From the NCBI RefSeq assembly GCF_009914755.1, contig NC_060926.1: DNA of 64,000 bases; one strand, 5' to 3'. The position numbers were made by a program, and so were the translations under genes. The notes below the pieces were generated by a model. That model was not told the DNA's origin, made no database searches, and was given only the letters and a program-made list of their open reading frames with translations. Each line of letters opens with the position of its first letter. Within the stretch, counting starts at the first letter, position 1. Shown here piece by piece: positions 49,613 through 64,000 of this stretch. The stretch comes from the human T2T-CHM13v2.0 reference genome, Homo sapiens.

Positions 49613-50111
49613 TCTAATATTTTATAAATTTAAAAGTACTCTAGTTACTAATATCAGTTATTTAGGTATAAAATAATCTCCACTAGCCTAGAAGATGTCT
49701 TTTTCAACTAATAGCCTCCTCTTCTCCCCCAGCACTTAGTCTATTGATTGTGAGCCTACCACACCCTGTGCATGGCACCCACTCTTATGATGGTGTGACG
49801 ATTATAACAATATAGTGCCAAGGTCACAACCTCTAAAAGCCACAGGTGTACCAGTAGGGAAAAAGTACCACAACCATGAGACTGACTCAGATTAAGACTC
49901 AAAGGACTAGTTTTCAAAACATGCATACCTATAACACAGACCAAGAAACCATGCATACATGAAAATTCACAATCTCAATCCAAAAAACAGCTTTTGTGTT
50001 TCCAAGTACCTGAGTTTTCACAAATGTCATTTTACCCCTTGCAAAAAGAAAGCAAACGAGATATGCATTGTTAAATCTACCAATGATCTAAGAGAAACTA
50101 CAAAATAACTA

Positions 50112-50293
50112 GGCTGGGCATAATATCCACAATGATCCATAATAATGTTTAGAATAGGTAGTATGTCATGCCTGTAATCCCAGCACTTTGGGAGGTGGAG
50201 TGGGGGGAATCATTTGAGGCCAGGATTTTGAAACCAGCCTGGGTAACACAGCAAGAACCTACATCTACAAAGAATTAATTAATTAAAAAAAAA
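50112..50293 (+). mobile_element. Alu left monomer with an insertion in its head
   Basis: ggctgggca...[insert]...tcatgcctgtaatcccagcac. Confidence 0.8.
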
Positions 50294-50354
50294 TTTTTTA
50301 ACTATCCTACACACACACTGGGGGCTTCAATATATATTCTAGTCACTTTTAAAA

Positions 50355-50657
50355 TTTTTATTTATTAATTTTTTTGAAGCAGGGTCTCGCTGCTCTGTTG
50401 CTCAGGATGGAGTGCAGTGCTACAATTAAGGCTCACCACAGCCCTCACCTCCCAGACTCCAGCAACCTTCAACCCTAAGCCTCCAGAGTATCTGGGAACA
50501 CAGGTGCACACCACCACGCCCGTCTCAGGGTTGCCTTTTTCTTTTAATAGAGATGGGGTCTTGCTATGTTGCCCAGGCTAGTCTTGAAGTCCTGGACTCA
50601 AGTGATCCTCCTGCCTCAACCTCCCAAAGTGCTGAGATTATAGGCATGAGCCACCAC
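50355..50657 (-). mobile_element. Alu (AluJ)
   Basis: Alu consensus. Confidence 0.85.
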
Positions 50658-50710
50658 TAGTCGCTTTTAATGACTCCCAGCAAGGCTTTGTAGAGAGATA
50701 TATAGTTTAC

Positions 50711-50743
50711 ATCACTTCTCGGCCTTTTAGCTAAGATCAAGTG
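50711..50743 (+). pseudogene. 3'-truncated (tailless) U2 snRNA retropseudogene, U2 nt 1-33
   Basis: ATCACTTCTCGGCCTTTTAGCTAAGATCAAGTG, 31/33 to U2 5' end; 18-bp TSD gagagatatatagt(t/c)tac at 50693-50710 and 50744-50761. Confidence 0.9.
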
Positions 50744-51778
50744 GAGAGATATATAGTCTACAAAGAGCTTTTTCATTTAATCCTCAAATCAATCTTTGAG
50801 AAAGGTTACTAATTCTGCTTATAGTTGACGAGACTCAAGTCAGCCAACTAATAAGTGGCAGAATCAGGAGTAAACCCATGTCTTTAAAGTTCAGGTTGTG
50901 ACGTCCCAATCTTCGTCATTGAGATTTTAAAAGGTCGAAGCTAATTTTACCCTTTGTATATAAATACTCTTTGTTTGATGGCTTTTTATCTTTTAAATAC
51001 AAAATTGAAAACCAAGGGCATCCATAATAATGTTTAGAGTAAGTAGTGAGCATGTCATAGTTCAAACGTATCATTAATCTATTAATCTACCTCTTTCTTA
51101 AAATAAATAGGTAAGCTCTGTCTTCTGTCTGGGCCTGAGGAGCAAAAAAGGGTCTGCTTCTCAAAGGCTAGATTTGGGGGAAGAACAGTGAAAAGCTCAA
51201 TCTGTTCTGCTGAAAAGAAATTCAAGATTGTCAAGCTAAGCCCTGGCCCAGACTGGAGCTGCTGCACCCAGGTTTCCATCCATTTCATTAACACAATGCC
51301 CTAAAATCCAGCCCTACTCTTCAAGCTCACTCCAATGTGACACAGACAGCAAGCTCCCTCCACAGCTGGACCATGGGCCAAGAGTCATTAATATCAAGCC
51401 TCTGTAAGTCATCTCAAACTAAAGAGAAAACAGGCCCAGCAACAGCAGTCTTCTGCCCTGGAGAGGGACAGAGTTCAGTACTGTCAATTACCCTTCTGTT
51501 AAAAGTACTAAATTCATCTCGCCCACATAAGCTGAAAGTGATTGAGGTTAGCCCACTAACGTCATTCTGTAACAGTCCTCCGGTACAGCACTGGTTCCAT
51601 AACCCAGGCTACATCAAGTAGAGTACCAAAGCACCAGAAATAGGTAATACTCAGCTTGAAGGAAAAAAACACAGAAACACAATTTACCAAGAGACTTCCA
51701 TTTATTTCCCTTTAATGCTTATTCATAATACTTTTTAATTTAAAAAAAAACTCTCATGTTTAGAAATATATCACCTAC

Positions 51779-51901
51779 CTTATACTGCTGTAAAGAAACA
51801 GAAGGGTGCTGTTTGGTTAACTCATTCTCTGGTTCACGTTTGGATTTACTCTGCTCCAATTTATAAAGTACCTGAGAACTTTCCTGTATCCTACAAAACA
51901 A
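51779..51901 (-). CDS. THADA: THADA coding exon (~14), 123 nt, LFCRIQES...SLQQYK
   Basis: Acceptor caaaag, donor AAG|gtaggt; ORF 51740..51970. Confidence 0.94.
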
Positions 51902-52367
51902 CTTTTGAAACAAAGGAAATGAAGCACAGGTGAGCCACACATTAAATTTAAATGTCAGCCTGAGAGGCAAATTATTTAGAATAAAACTTCAGGCAAGAAG
52001 AGTACAGATTTTTAAGCTCTTAATATTTTATAATGTTTCTTTTTGACAGAAAATAATTTTTATACCAAAAACAAACTATTACTGCAAAGCAGAATACTGT
52101 CATTAAACCACAATTCTGTTTCCTTTAAGTTGGCACAAACCTGAAGATGATTTAGTCATTTCCCTACTTTACCAATTCTTCACCCCATAAATGTGTGTGC
52201 AATTAATTCAAGTTAGATTATTTGATAATGATCATTTTTTGAGGTGCTTAAACTATAAAAATGCTGTTACCAAGTTTTCTTAAAACTACCTTAACTCCAG
52301 CATTAGACTTTTTCTTTACAAAAAAGAGCCCAAGGTTGATTTACTACACCAAAATGAAAGGCCTTTT

Positions 52368-52874
<507 letters not shown>

Positions 52875-53100
52875 AAAAAAAATGGTGGGGGGAGGGGTGC
52901 GTGCTTTTCACTCTGGATTTTAATCCCAAATGTAAGCTTTATGGAATGAGAGAACAGGTCACAGAACGGCCGTCATGAACAGATGTGGTAGCCCAATTCC
53001 ATGACCATTCCCACACGCTCCCAAAATCTGGGCTCTTTTTAAAAACGATTTCCCAAACAAAGTTCACCACTTCCCTATGCCTTCTGATGGGAAATTCTAC

Positions 53101-53256
53101 CTTTTTAAGAAGAGAACAGATCTGTTGCCGCACTCCTGGAGACTGGCTGTTAAGATTGTATGTAATAAAGAACTGAATCCACTGCATTTCTTCCATGGAA
53201 ACAATTTCTGTGCTCCGATTACTTTCACAAAGCAAGCCTAATGTATCTATCCTTAC
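53101..53256 (-). CDS. THADA: THADA coding exon (~13), 156 nt, VRIDTLGL...CSLLKK
   Basis: Acceptor ttttag, donor AAG|gtagaa; overlaps ORF 52939..53235. Confidence 0.95.
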
Positions 53257-54207
53257 CTAAAAAACATCAAGCAATAAAATGTTAATTTTCCAAGAAATAA
53301 GCAAAGCCTAAATCACTTGAATTGTTTACTTACATAGGCTACAAAAGGAAAAAAGTAAACTTCAGTTCACCAATAGGTACCTCAGAAAGGTTTCCTAATC
53401 TCAAAGATCCTAGGGTTATTTCCTATACAATTCTTTTATTAAACATGTAAATTGGGGATTTATAAAATGCAACAATCTTAAAGATTTTTATTCCGTGGTA
53501 ATGCTCAGCTTCATTCCTTTTTCTTTTTTTCCAGTGACCCCTTTTACCCCATCACCTCACTCTTAAATTACTGCCAGACACTTCTAACTGGTTTCCTGGT
53601 TTCTTTCTGCTCCCACTCTGGAAACTCACGTTTCCACTAATGTAACTCCTTGCTGAAAACAGAGTAGCTTTGGTTTAGCTTAGTAAAACCAGCTGGTGCC
53701 TGGGAACCAACTAAGTCTTTAGCCTAGCATTAGGCCTTTCCAAAAAATGTCCAAAACACTCCACCCCTGATAAGCAATGTTCTTAATCATCCTCCAGACC
53801 TTGCTCATTTGGGTCCCTCCATTTTGTATGCTGCTCCAAGGCTTCCTCTTTTCTAATCATATCTATCACTTTCCTAATCAAGCACCACCTGCTCTGATCA
53901 GTCTCTTCTGAGCCTTCCAAGCGAGTCCTTATGTATTTAAGGGCACATGATGGCATGCTTGTATCTGTATTGTCAGTTCTAAGAGTTTCCAGTTGTTTTA
54001 TGTAAGTTTTCTTACATCCTCAACTAAACTTTCAGTAGCTTGAAGAAAGGGCCTACTGAAAGTTTAGTTGGGAGACTAGGGTTTCTACTCATTCTCTTTA
54101 TGAACTCCCTAAAACAGTTCAGGATACAATGTAGGGGCCTCTATATTGAACTGCTACATGAAAGGGATCTACTGCATGTACAAATCCAGGTAATTTTCTT
54201 TACTTAC

Positions 54208-54386
54208 TTGGCAATGCTGATGAATTAAGCCTTGCTTTATTCTTGCATCAGACACGAGGTTCTCCCAGGTATCAGTTGCAGACTGAAGATGTCCATGAGC
54301 TCTAGCTATTCGCAGACATGCCATCAAAGCTCCCAGAGCCCCCCTGCTATTACAAGACCCTAAGGATGGGAAAGATTGCTCTTGTC
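54208..54386 (-). CDS. THADA: THADA coding exon (~12), 179 nt, GQEQSFPS...LIHQHCQ
   Basis: Acceptor tttcag, donor CAA|gtaagt; ORF 54169..54426. Confidence 0.95.
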
Positions 54387-55729
54387 CTGAAAGCACAATA
54401 ACAAAGACCATTACTGTATTATGCAATGACTACTATAATTATCAGCTGCTAATTTTCATGTTTCCAATTAACATTTTATTTCAATAAATAAAAATCACAT
54501 TTTAAACTCATTTCTAACACAAATTAAAGTTCCTATTCTAAAATAATCATTATTTAATATGATTTGCCCTTTTGTCAATCATTTCAAGTAAGCATAATTC
54601 TCTTATCGTTAACATAAACAAATCATTATTTACCTGCTAACATTTTTGCTTTTTCCCTAACACCTAGAAAGGGAATCAGGCAGCAAATCAGGAAATAAAA
54701 TCAGGTGGAGAAATAAGCACATCAGTGGCTACAGACTATTACTTCTCTAAAAGTAAACACTGAACCTCTCTGCATATTTTAGAGTGGCTGTTTCTCACTA
54801 GTAAAGATTAAAAAAGGAACACAAAGAGCCTGCTGGTTTCAGAGGCTAGGACGTCAGCCATTACCAAGAAGACAGGGCAGCTTGATATAAAAATAAAGAC
54901 AACCTTACTTCAGAACAGATTCTTGAATCCTGAATTTCAGATGGCTTTTCAAAAACTCAAGAACAAGTGTTGTCAAAAATTACAAATAATGGCTTATTTT
55001 TGCATACAGGAATCAAATTTTCCTGCTACCTCATGGTTACTCTTTGAAGTACTGAACGTTTTTAACAATTTTAGTTGAAAATATTTCTTAAAATTATGCT
55101 GTACGATACTACATTCTTGCTTTGTTAAACAGAATGTAATAATTTTAAGATTTATATGATGTGTCATGATCATCACTTTACACATCCTGAATTATGCTTG
55201 AATGCAGTGATTCCTGTAGGGTTTGTGAGTTTCAATGGGATGTTTACCCCTATTCTAAATAACTATAGATGGCTATTTCTTGAGATCATGCCTCTGAATT
55301 TTGTCACTTCCCCAGAGAAAAAAACTTGCTACTGCCAAGTTACCTGTCTTTAACCTTGCCTAACACAATTTTTAATTATTGTCTCAATGACTTGAATAAG
55401 CACATTATATAAGACACACAAACTTTTATTTCAGTGATACAATAAAATAAATTCAGAACTTGAAAAAATGAATTAAAACCTTGTAATACAGGAAAGTTTA
55501 TCATTTTAAGTGGAATTATTCTTTAGCTTGTAGAAATGACTTCAGCCAAAAAACTCCATTCAGCTATATATAGGAACATTCGTTTCAAACTGAAACATCT
55601 ATCATTAATCTCTTCCTTTACTATTTATAGAAGTGATATTTAAATTTGAATATGATTAGTATCTGCATAGCTACCTACATTTAAGCATCATAATTAGAAA
55701 CTACTAAAACAAAAATGCATTTTTCTTAC

Positions 55730-56421
55730 CAGTTTTAGCATCAATAGAAGTCTGAAGAATCTTTACCATGTACTGTAAGCTTTCAGGGCTGTAACTTAAT
55801 AATTTTGGCAAGTAATAATCAATCACGTAAGATTTTTGATCCAAGTTTCCTTCACACAATATAAAAAGGAGAGGAGAAACCCAAGTCTCATGCCACTGGT
55901 CAATCCAAGAACTCTCAGCAGTCTGGGATTTCAAATGACTCTTATGATTTCTAAACATGGTTTCCAAGAGGTCACTTGCATAAGGTACCAATGACTGGTC
56001 TCCCATCACCTCTAAGATTTGAGATGGAATAGTTTTATCTATAGCCAAAATATGTTCAACTCCTATGCACTCTACCAAACAACCAAGGCACGTGTACTTT
56101 CCTTTAATATGCCATTCCAATCGTAAAAGACTCTCAGTCAATTCCACAAAGAAAGGATCAGGGACGAAATCTGCACCTTCCACAGTGAGCCGGTGCATTT
56201 GGAGAAGGTTTTTGAACATGATTTTGGTTTGGTGTCTCAGAGCATCCAATGGATGTTCCCAATGGGTATAGACATATTCCAAAAGTCTCCCAACTATACT
56301 TGAATTCCCATTCAGGCTGTCCGTTAGGCTCGGGGAACTTGATTCAAGGACTTGTATGGCTGAATTAGTCCAGGATGCTAAGATTCTAGACAGAAACATT
56401 TCCAGCGTTGGCTCTTTAATC
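55730..56421 (-). CDS. THADA: THADA coding exon (~11), 692 nt, IKEPTLEM...SIDAKT
   Basis: Acceptor cttcag, donor G|gtaaga; ORF 55704..56447. Confidence 0.97.
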
Positions 56422-56634
56422 CTGAAGAAAAATGAGCCATGAGCCATTATTGTAAACTGATTAGTAAAAGAAATTTCATTTTATAACAATTTAGACTTTA
56501 AAAATATTAAATACAAAGAATGACCACAAATTTCAATTATTAAATTTACAAGAACAAAAAACTACAAGTAAAGCCAAAACAGATCTCAAATTTGTATATG
56601 ATTCTTTTTACCTTGTAAAAAATAATCCAGAAAG

Positions 56635-56853
56635 CAGTTCAAGATCAGCCTAGGCAATATAGTGAAACCCCATCTCTATAAAAAATTTAAAAATTTAGCT
56701 GGGTGTGGTGACACACACCTACAGTCCCAGCTACTTGGGAAGCTGAGGTGGGAGGACTGCTTGAGCTCAGGAGTGAGACTGCAATGAGCTGTGCTCATGC
56801 CACTACACTCCAGCCTGGGTGACAAAGCGAGACTTTGTCTCAAAAATAATAAT
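56635..56853 (+). mobile_element. Alu (AluJ, 5'-truncated)
   Basis: Alu consensus. Confidence 0.85.
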
Positions 56854-56855
56854 AG

Positions 56856-57229
<374 letters not shown>

Positions 57230-58046
57230 TACACATGTAATTTAAAAGATAAGGAAAGCCAAGTGTTGGAGATGGTTGGGGGAATGGGGCTTCTCTGTGA
57301 TAAAAATATTCTAAAGTTGTTTGAATTAACTTTTAAGATGTTAAAACTTCATTTCAGAAATGTTGATAAGGATCACTTTAGATTACCTATGTTAAAGTGC
57401 TTCATAAATTCTAAAGCACTACACATGTAGAAACTTTTATAGTTTTAAAAAATGATGCTAAAAACAAATTTCAGGAAAAAAATTTTTAAAGAAAAAATAT
57501 AGCAAAGAGAATATTAAAAATTAATTTTAGAAATGCTGGTGGTTGTACAACTCTGTGAATAAACTAATAAACTGAATTGTACACTTCAAATTTATGAATT
57601 GCATAATATAGCTCAAATATGTAAAAAATTATTTTAGTTTTCCTCCTTTATTCATATGTTCAGTATTATCAAGCTGTATATATGTTTCGACATTTCATAT
57701 ACATGATCACTTTCAGCCATTATGGCAAAAACACCACAAAAATACAAAATACAGCCCCATGAAGTCAGAAGACCTTCTAAGATTGCTGTTTCAGGTTCTT
57801 ATTAGCAATATGGTCTCAGGTAAGCATTTACTTTTCTAAGCCTCCCTTTGCCCATTCAACAAATTAGATTTCTTATCCTATATAGTAGCCATTTGAGGAT
57901 CACATTAGATTACCTATGTTGAAGTTCTTTATAAATTCTAAAACACTATACATATAAAAATTTTTATAGTTTTTAAAAACGATAACATTGAAAATGTTAA
58001 AAATTAATTTTAGAAATGTTCTTTACAGGCTAACCTGCAGCAATAA

Positions 58047-58348
58047 TTTTATTTATTTATTTTTTTAAGACAGGATCTCACTCTGTCGCCCAGGCTTGAG
58101 TGCAGTGGCACAATCATATCTCACTGCATCCTCGGCCTCCTGGGCTCAAGCAATGTTCTCACCTCAGCCTCCCACGTAGCTGAGACTACAGGCGCATGCC
58201 ACCACACCCAGCTAAGTTTTAAAAGTTTTGTACAGACACAGTCTCACTATGTCACCAAGGCTGGTTTTGAACTCCTGGCCTCAAGTGATCCTCTTGCCTC
58301 AGCCTACTGGGAGGGTAGCTGGGATTAGAGGCACAAGCCACTCCAGCT
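58047..58348 (-). mobile_element. Alu (AluJ)
   Basis: Alu consensus. Confidence 0.88.
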
Positions 58349-58415
58349 TTTGGACTGCATCTTCTAAATGTCTTACAAGTGAAACAAAATATGAGACGAT
58401 AGCATCAAAACTCAC

Positions 58416-58636
58416 TGTGAACTCAAGGTGAACAAAACATGTGCAGTATCCAAGAGCAGGGCCTCCCCACTCCGACCCATGCTTCCGTTCTGCCAGTCCA
58501 ACATGGCAAGTGTCCCCTGACAGAGGAATAAGACAGCTGACTGAGAGATGTCACCACAACAGAGGCTCCTGCAGCTGCTCATAAACCACTCGGGGACACT
58601 GGTGCAGTCCACTGAACGAAGCAGCACACTGCTAAT
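58416..58636 (-). CDS. THADA: THADA coding exon (~10), 221 nt, ISSVLLRS...FTLSSQ
   Basis: Acceptor ttccag, donor CA|gtgagt; ORF 58412..58711. Confidence 0.95.
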
Positions 58637-58869
58637 CTGGAAAAATATAGCAGAGCTAACACACATAAAGCTTTTAAAACTTTTCAGAGATATTTCAAAA
58701 TACAAACCCAAACATCTCTTTCCCCTGAAAAATCCTAGGAAAAATGACTAAATCCAAAGATAAAATACCCACAAATGTCATGATTATTGTATTAGTATTA
58801 AAGGAAAAAAATTACATCAAGTACGAGAATGATTTTGCTGGTTGGAATGTACTGGCAGAGCACAACACA

Positions 58870-58886
58870 TCGCCACCTGCAGGTGG
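58870..58886 (-). promoter_or_regulatory. Candidate CTCF / double E-box site
   Basis: Minus strand CCTGCAGGTGGCG, one mismatch to core CCASYAGRKGGCR; overlaps the 14-bp palindrome CCACCTGCAGGTGG. Confidence 0.4.
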
Positions 58887-59548
58887 ATAAGCTTAACAAC
58901 TGCTTTTTTTTTTTGGTATGTATTTTTTTTTTAAACAAATGCTTTTAGAGGTGATTTGAGAAATAAACATCTTCGACTTATCCAAAGATAATTACTTTGT
59001 GTGATCTCATAATATATTTTTCTAAGGTCAGGTAAAAAGATAAAATAAGTTTCCATACAATATAGCAAGCAAAAAAAGAAATCTACTAGTAAAAAATACA
59101 AGGATTGTGGCCTAAATTATCAAATTATACTTTCTGTAAGAAGCAAATTTACTGAACAATTGACTCTATCTAGCATGCTTCCTGTCTAAAGCACATGATT
59201 TGGGTTATTCTCAATAAAGAATACATTTATCAGAAAAGTTATTACTGTGTATATATCTATACATTGATATGCATAATTTTAACATTAAAAATATCTTTTA
59301 AGATACTAATGAGAGATGACACTGAACAAACAGCACTAAAAAGAAACTAAAAGAATGTACATCAAAAATGTTTATAGTGATTATCTTTGTGAGATGGACT
59401 TACAGGTGACTGTTATTGTCTTTTTGTTATTGTTGCTTTATCTGAATTTTTGGAATTGTCTCTTATTATAACAGAAAAAGGTCATCAGAAGGAACCAGAC
59501 AATGCAAAAAAAAATTATTTTAATTCACTTCTTTAAAAATATTTTTAA

Positions 59549-59841
59549 TTTTTTTTTTTTTTAAGAGACAAGGTCTCACTCTGTTGCCCAGACTGGTGCA
59601 ATCTTATCTCACTGCAGCCTTAAACTCCTAGGCTCAAGCGATCCTCCTACCTCAACCTCTCAAAGAGCTGGGACTACAGCTGTGCACCACCATACCCAGC
59701 AAATTTTCTTTTTTTTTTTTTGTAGAGACAAGGTCTAGCTAAACTCCCCAGGCTAATCTCAAACTCCTGGCCTCAAGTGACCCTCCTGCCCTGGCCTCCC
59801 AAAGTGTTGGGATTATAAGTGTGAGCCACTGCACCAAGCCA
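59549..59841 (-). mobile_element. Alu (AluJ)
   Basis: Alu consensus. Confidence 0.88.
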
Positions 59842-59906
59842 AAATTATTTTTTAAACATACCCTAACTCTCAATAAAGTACAATTCTAAAAAGGAGATGC
59901 ACTTAC

Positions 59907-60001
59907 CAAATGAGGAATCTTTTCAGACGGGTGAAACATAGTCTTAATAAAAAGAATAATAGCTAATCCAGATGTGCTCTGTACAGTCTGTAACAGATCA
60001 T
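59907..60001 (-). CDS. THADA: THADA coding exon (~9), 95 nt, DDLLQTVQ...EKIPHL
   Basis: Acceptor aaatag, donor TTG|gtaagt; phase fits both neighbours; not in the ORF track. Confidence 0.93.
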
Positions 60002-60240
60002 CTATTTGGCAAAAAAGGAGAGAAGCTTGTGTTAAATAATGAATATTCTGGTAGAGTGGAAAGAGCAGATGCTGAGCAGCCAGATAGGCCTGGGTACAAT
60101 TTCTAGTCTGACCACTTCCTGGGTGAATAGGTCTTACCTAAGTTATTTAACATCCCACAGACTCTCTTTTCTCTTGGGTAAAATGGGATAACTCTTAACT
60201 GAGGCAGTGTCAGGTTTAGATGAATAATGAACATAAACGC

Positions 60241-60523
<283 letters not shown>

Positions 60524-60919
60524 GAATATAAAGGCTTTTAAGCCCAGCATATAGATACTCAATAAACGTGATTCCTTCCTCTCTCCTCTAACATACACTT
60601 TCTTCCTCGCCAACTATTGCTTCCCAGAACACCTAATAGCAACACCACCTGTCCCCTCCCCTCCACCAATGCCTCTGTATCCCAATCACCATATACACAG
60701 ACTTTTTCAAAAAGAGATTTCAGGGCTTGTATAAAGAATGTAGGTAAGTGCTAATTACAAACTTTGCTAGCACTGACACTGTACCCATAGCAACCAAACA
60801 GTTTTGACTTGGTATCTTCTTTTTGTTTTATCTCTATTAGCCTCTAATACCATGGTGAGTTGTTCAACCTGGGGAAAGAAGTAACACTTCTTTATGACAT
60901 CATAAACTACGTACTAAAT

Positions 60920-61732
<813 letters not shown>

Positions 61733-61990
61733 GAAGTTACCTCATATTAAAATCATGTATTCTCTACATTTCATTAGTTAGAGAATCTTTTTTTTAGACT
61801 AACAGTCCTCTTTTAAAAAGTAAATAACCTCTGAAAAGTTTTCTGTAAGTTATGTCTTAATAAAAGTAACTTTAACTACTTTCCTTTCCTTTTAATACCT
61901 GAGAACCCAGGCAAAAAGAGAAATAGAAATACTAATTGGACAAAATATAGCTAAGACTTTCATTACCAGGGTTAAAAACACAAACAATGA

Positions 61991-62324
<334 letters not shown>

Positions 62325-62639
62325 TCAGCCTAGCAAAACCAGAGTCAGTTATTGTTTTTCACTAACAAGAGCTCTAAAGAGATCCCATTAGCATGTTTTT
62401 AATTAAGTTACATTCAAACATATATTACCATATAGAATGGGAGGTGAAGAGAGAAAGGATAATTCAACTTTTTATATAAATACTTGTGTTAGGTGTCACT
62501 TTTTCGTTAATCTTATTATAATAATAAACCACAGATTCCAAAAAAGTGACAGAAAACAAATTTACAGCTTAATAAATTATTAAAAAGTGATCACCCTTGA
62601 ACCTATCTTCCAAGGCAAGAAATAGAACTCAGTCACCCA

Positions 62640-62968
62640 GGCTGGGCACAGTGGCTCACACCTGTAATCCCAGCACCTTGGGAGGCCACGGTAAGCAGGT
62701 TACTTGAGGCCAGGAGTTCCAGAACAGCCTGGCCAACATGGCAAAACCCTTTCTCTATTAAAAATACAAAAAATTAGTCAGGTGTGGTGGTACCCTCCTA
62801 TAATCCCAGCTACTCAGAAGCGGAGGCACGAGAATCGCTTGAACCTGGGATGTGAAACCCAACATGCAGAGGTTGCAGTGAATAAACATCACGCCACTAC
62901 ACTCCAGCCTGGGCAGCACAGTGAGATTCGGTCTCAAAAAAAAAAAAAAAGAAAAGAAAAAAAAAAAC
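62640..62968 (+). mobile_element. Alu
   Basis: Alu consensus with a ~15-nt insertion near 62851-62866. Confidence 0.88.
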
Positions 62969-63132
62969 AACCATGTAGTCCAGGGCCTCCCTCCATTTTT
63001 GAGAGGCTGAGTAAGGACACATTCCACATCTCAGTTAAGTATCACATTTCACACTATTAGTAGGAAAAGCTGATTGACACTCAATTTTAACTGTCAATTA
63101 TATATCATTTGTATATAATTTGTTACACTTAC

Positions 63133-63320
63133 CATCGCTTAAAACCTTGGTAAAAATACTCAGCAATCCACACATATTTTGCCATATGGGAGAATCGGAA
63201 GTCTTCCAAAGATTTCCCTGGAAATCTTGTACTTTCTGTACTAACATCATTGAAACTCTAATGCCTACCAGTAAGTCATTCATCAACTGTGTTTGAATAA
63301 TATGATTTCCAGCACATTTT
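63133..63320 (-). CDS. THADA: THADA coding exon (~8), 188 nt, (R)KCAGNHII...TKVLSD
   Basis: Acceptor tttatag, donor G|gtaagt; lies in ORF 63098..63376. Confidence 0.95.
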
Positions 63321-63607
63321 CTATAAAGAAGAAAAGACATTATTACAAAAGGAAATTCAAACAAAAGTGTGAACATTTCTAATTATCAGCAAAATAAATA
63401 CATTCCTCAAAGGCCCAAAATCAATTTTAAATTATGATAATTTATTCCTCTCTCTTCCATTCCTATAAACATTCCAATTATGTAGACATTAATTGCAAAC
63501 TTTCAACACTGTTAACTTAATCTACATGTCCCTCTTTCTCAGCCAATAACTAACTTCACTTCTTTTAGGGCAAAGATAAGAAATCAAGAATGAATGACAG
63601 AACTCAG

Positions 63608-63932
<325 letters not shown>

Positions 63933-63961
63933 TCAACATTGATATATTTTCCCTCCCTGGC

Positions 63962-64000
63962 TTTTTTTTTTTTTTTTGAGACAGAGTCTCCCCCTCTGTC
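63962..64000 (-). mobile_element. Alu 3' end (runs off the window)
   Basis: Poly-T followed by gagacagagtctc. Confidence 0.8.

Overview
Primate (very probably human, chr2p21) genomic DNA lying wholly inside THADA, transcribed on the minus strand. I traced 15 consecutive internal coding exons from 63320 down to 9267, all GT-AG. They total 2841 nt, splice phases are mutually consistent, and they give one open frame from ...RKCAGNHIIQ to ...KLTEVLNR (roughly residues 178-1125; exon numbers ~8-22 are from memory). The introns are mostly repeats: about 30 Alus, a full-length but ORF-disrupted L1PA3/4-type element in sense orientation that keeps the 129-bp ZNF93 segment, older L1 fragments, MaLR and ERVL LTRs, two Tigger4a MITEs, MIR/L2, and a 33-nt tailless U2 snRNA retropseudogene. 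I see no convincing new gene or prokaryote-type system. The best second-look items are three exons starting with GTAA (candidate recursive-splicing exons), the sense L1 next to an exon, several template-switch or templated-insertion scars, an Alu-L1 composite, and abutting inverted Alus. Repeat subfamily calls come from recalled consensus sequences and their boundaries are approximate.
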